Below, piece by piece: positions 33,410-34,163 of a DNA stretch of 34,163 bases (positions are counted from its first letter, which is position 1; each line of letters opens with the position of its first letter). The stretch is taken from positions 187,856,891 to 187,891,053 of the forward strand of contig NC_068981.1 of NCBI RefSeq assembly GCF_001194135.2, read 5' to 3'. The translations under genes were made by a program, and so were the position numbers. Source of the DNA: Octopus bimaculoides. Taxonomy: Eukaryota. The notes under the pieces were generated by a model that did no database searches, was not told the origin of the DNA, and worked only from the letters and a program-made list of their open reading frames with translations.

Positions 33410-33661
33410 TTCTTTCATTCGTTGAACTGCAGCGAGGATTGGGTATCGCTTCGAAGGGATTTAGTCGAAGAAATCAACCCCAGTACTAATTGTAAGGTCT
33501 GGTACTTACTCTATCGGTCGTTTTATGCCGAACCGTTAAGATACTGGTGCATAAACAAACCAGCACTGGCTGCCAAGTGGTGTTAGTACAGATACAAACA
33601 CAGAGACCCACATACTTATATATATACATATTCACGATAGGCTTCCTTCAGTTTCCGTCTA
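33410..33661 (-). mobile_element. Composite family E SINE, 5'-truncated, inverted relative to 32765-33280
   Basis: Minus strand: 'tagacggaaactgaaggaagcc', TA run, 'tgtgtttgt...aacggttcggcataaaacgaccgatagagtaagtacc...ggttgatttcttcgactaaa'. Confidence 0.78.
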
Positions 33662-33666
33662 ATATG

Positions 33667-33890
33667 GTGGTTCTCAACCGGAGTCCATTTAAGGTTTTTG
33701 TTGTTAAAGGTTCTTTGCAATGAGTTGGTTATATTTCTACAATACACAAAATAATTATTTTTATACACTTTATTATGATATTTAATTTTAAAAATATTAT
33801 ACGATTTATTTTTAAGCATCGAATGGCTATGCAGATCCATCCGAATAAAATAGAAATCGAAGGAGTTCATTGACAAAAAATGGTTGAGAA
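33667..33890. mobile_element. hAT (Charlie-like) MITE, right TIR clipped
   Basis: Left 'gtggttctcaacc' 33667-33679, right 'ggttgagaa' 33882-33890, AT-rich non-coding interior. Confidence 0.6.
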
Positions 33891-33893
33891 TAG

Positions 33894-34059
33894 ATACAGT
33901 TTGGGACCAGTGACGTCGCAACTTGTTCCTATAGCTGAGTGAACTGTAGCAACGTGAAATAAAGTGTCTTGCTACGAACACAACACAGTCCGGGTGGGAA
34001 TCGAAGTCAAACCCTCGCAATCGCGAGCCCTATGCTTTAATAACTGAACCATGCGCCTT
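33894..34059 (-). mobile_element. SINE family D, 3'-truncated
   Basis: 'aaggcgcatggttcag...ttcgattcc...gcaagacactttatttcacgttgctacagttcactcagct...gttgcgacgtca'. Confidence 0.85.
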
Positions 34060-34063
34060 TTAT

Positions 34064-34163
34064 GCATGCATCTATCTATGTATGTACGTATTTATGTAGT
34101 ATGTATGTATATTTGTGTGTGTATGTATGTATGTATGTATGTAGGTATGTATGTATGTATGTA
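34064..34163. repeat. (TATG)n microsatellite
   Basis: Seen directly; runs to the window end. Confidence 0.92.

Overview
AT-rich, repeat-dense eukaryotic non-coding DNA with nine assembly gaps, most bordered by (TA)n. I infer an octopus (coleoid cephalopod) short-read scaffold, because the SINE-like families match ones I recall from Octopus; this is unverified by search. I find no intact host gene, rRNA, tRNA or CRISPR array. Most entries in the ORF track are microsatellite, gap or antisense artefacts. Supported content: about 25 tRNA-headed SINE copies in modular families (A-E are my own working labels), four Dong/R4-clade LINE fragments, one dead full-length Tc1 (39-bp TIRs, TA target duplication), a Penelope-like RT fragment, a probable RTE remnant, hAT-type MITE ends and many microsatellites. 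Best leads: (1) a 21-bp minisatellite at 19275-19686, largely open on both strands and carrying helically phased TTCN3GAA motifs; (2) a 9-nt microexon-like splice unit at 22081-22089, 383 nt upstream of an in-frame acceptor inside the Tc1; (3) two degenerate minimal hammerhead-ribozyme motifs (16676-16713, 24013-24060); (4) a chimera of two different Dong lineages; (5) dense inverted SINE pairs. None is proven, and I cannot claim a new biological system from the sequence alone.
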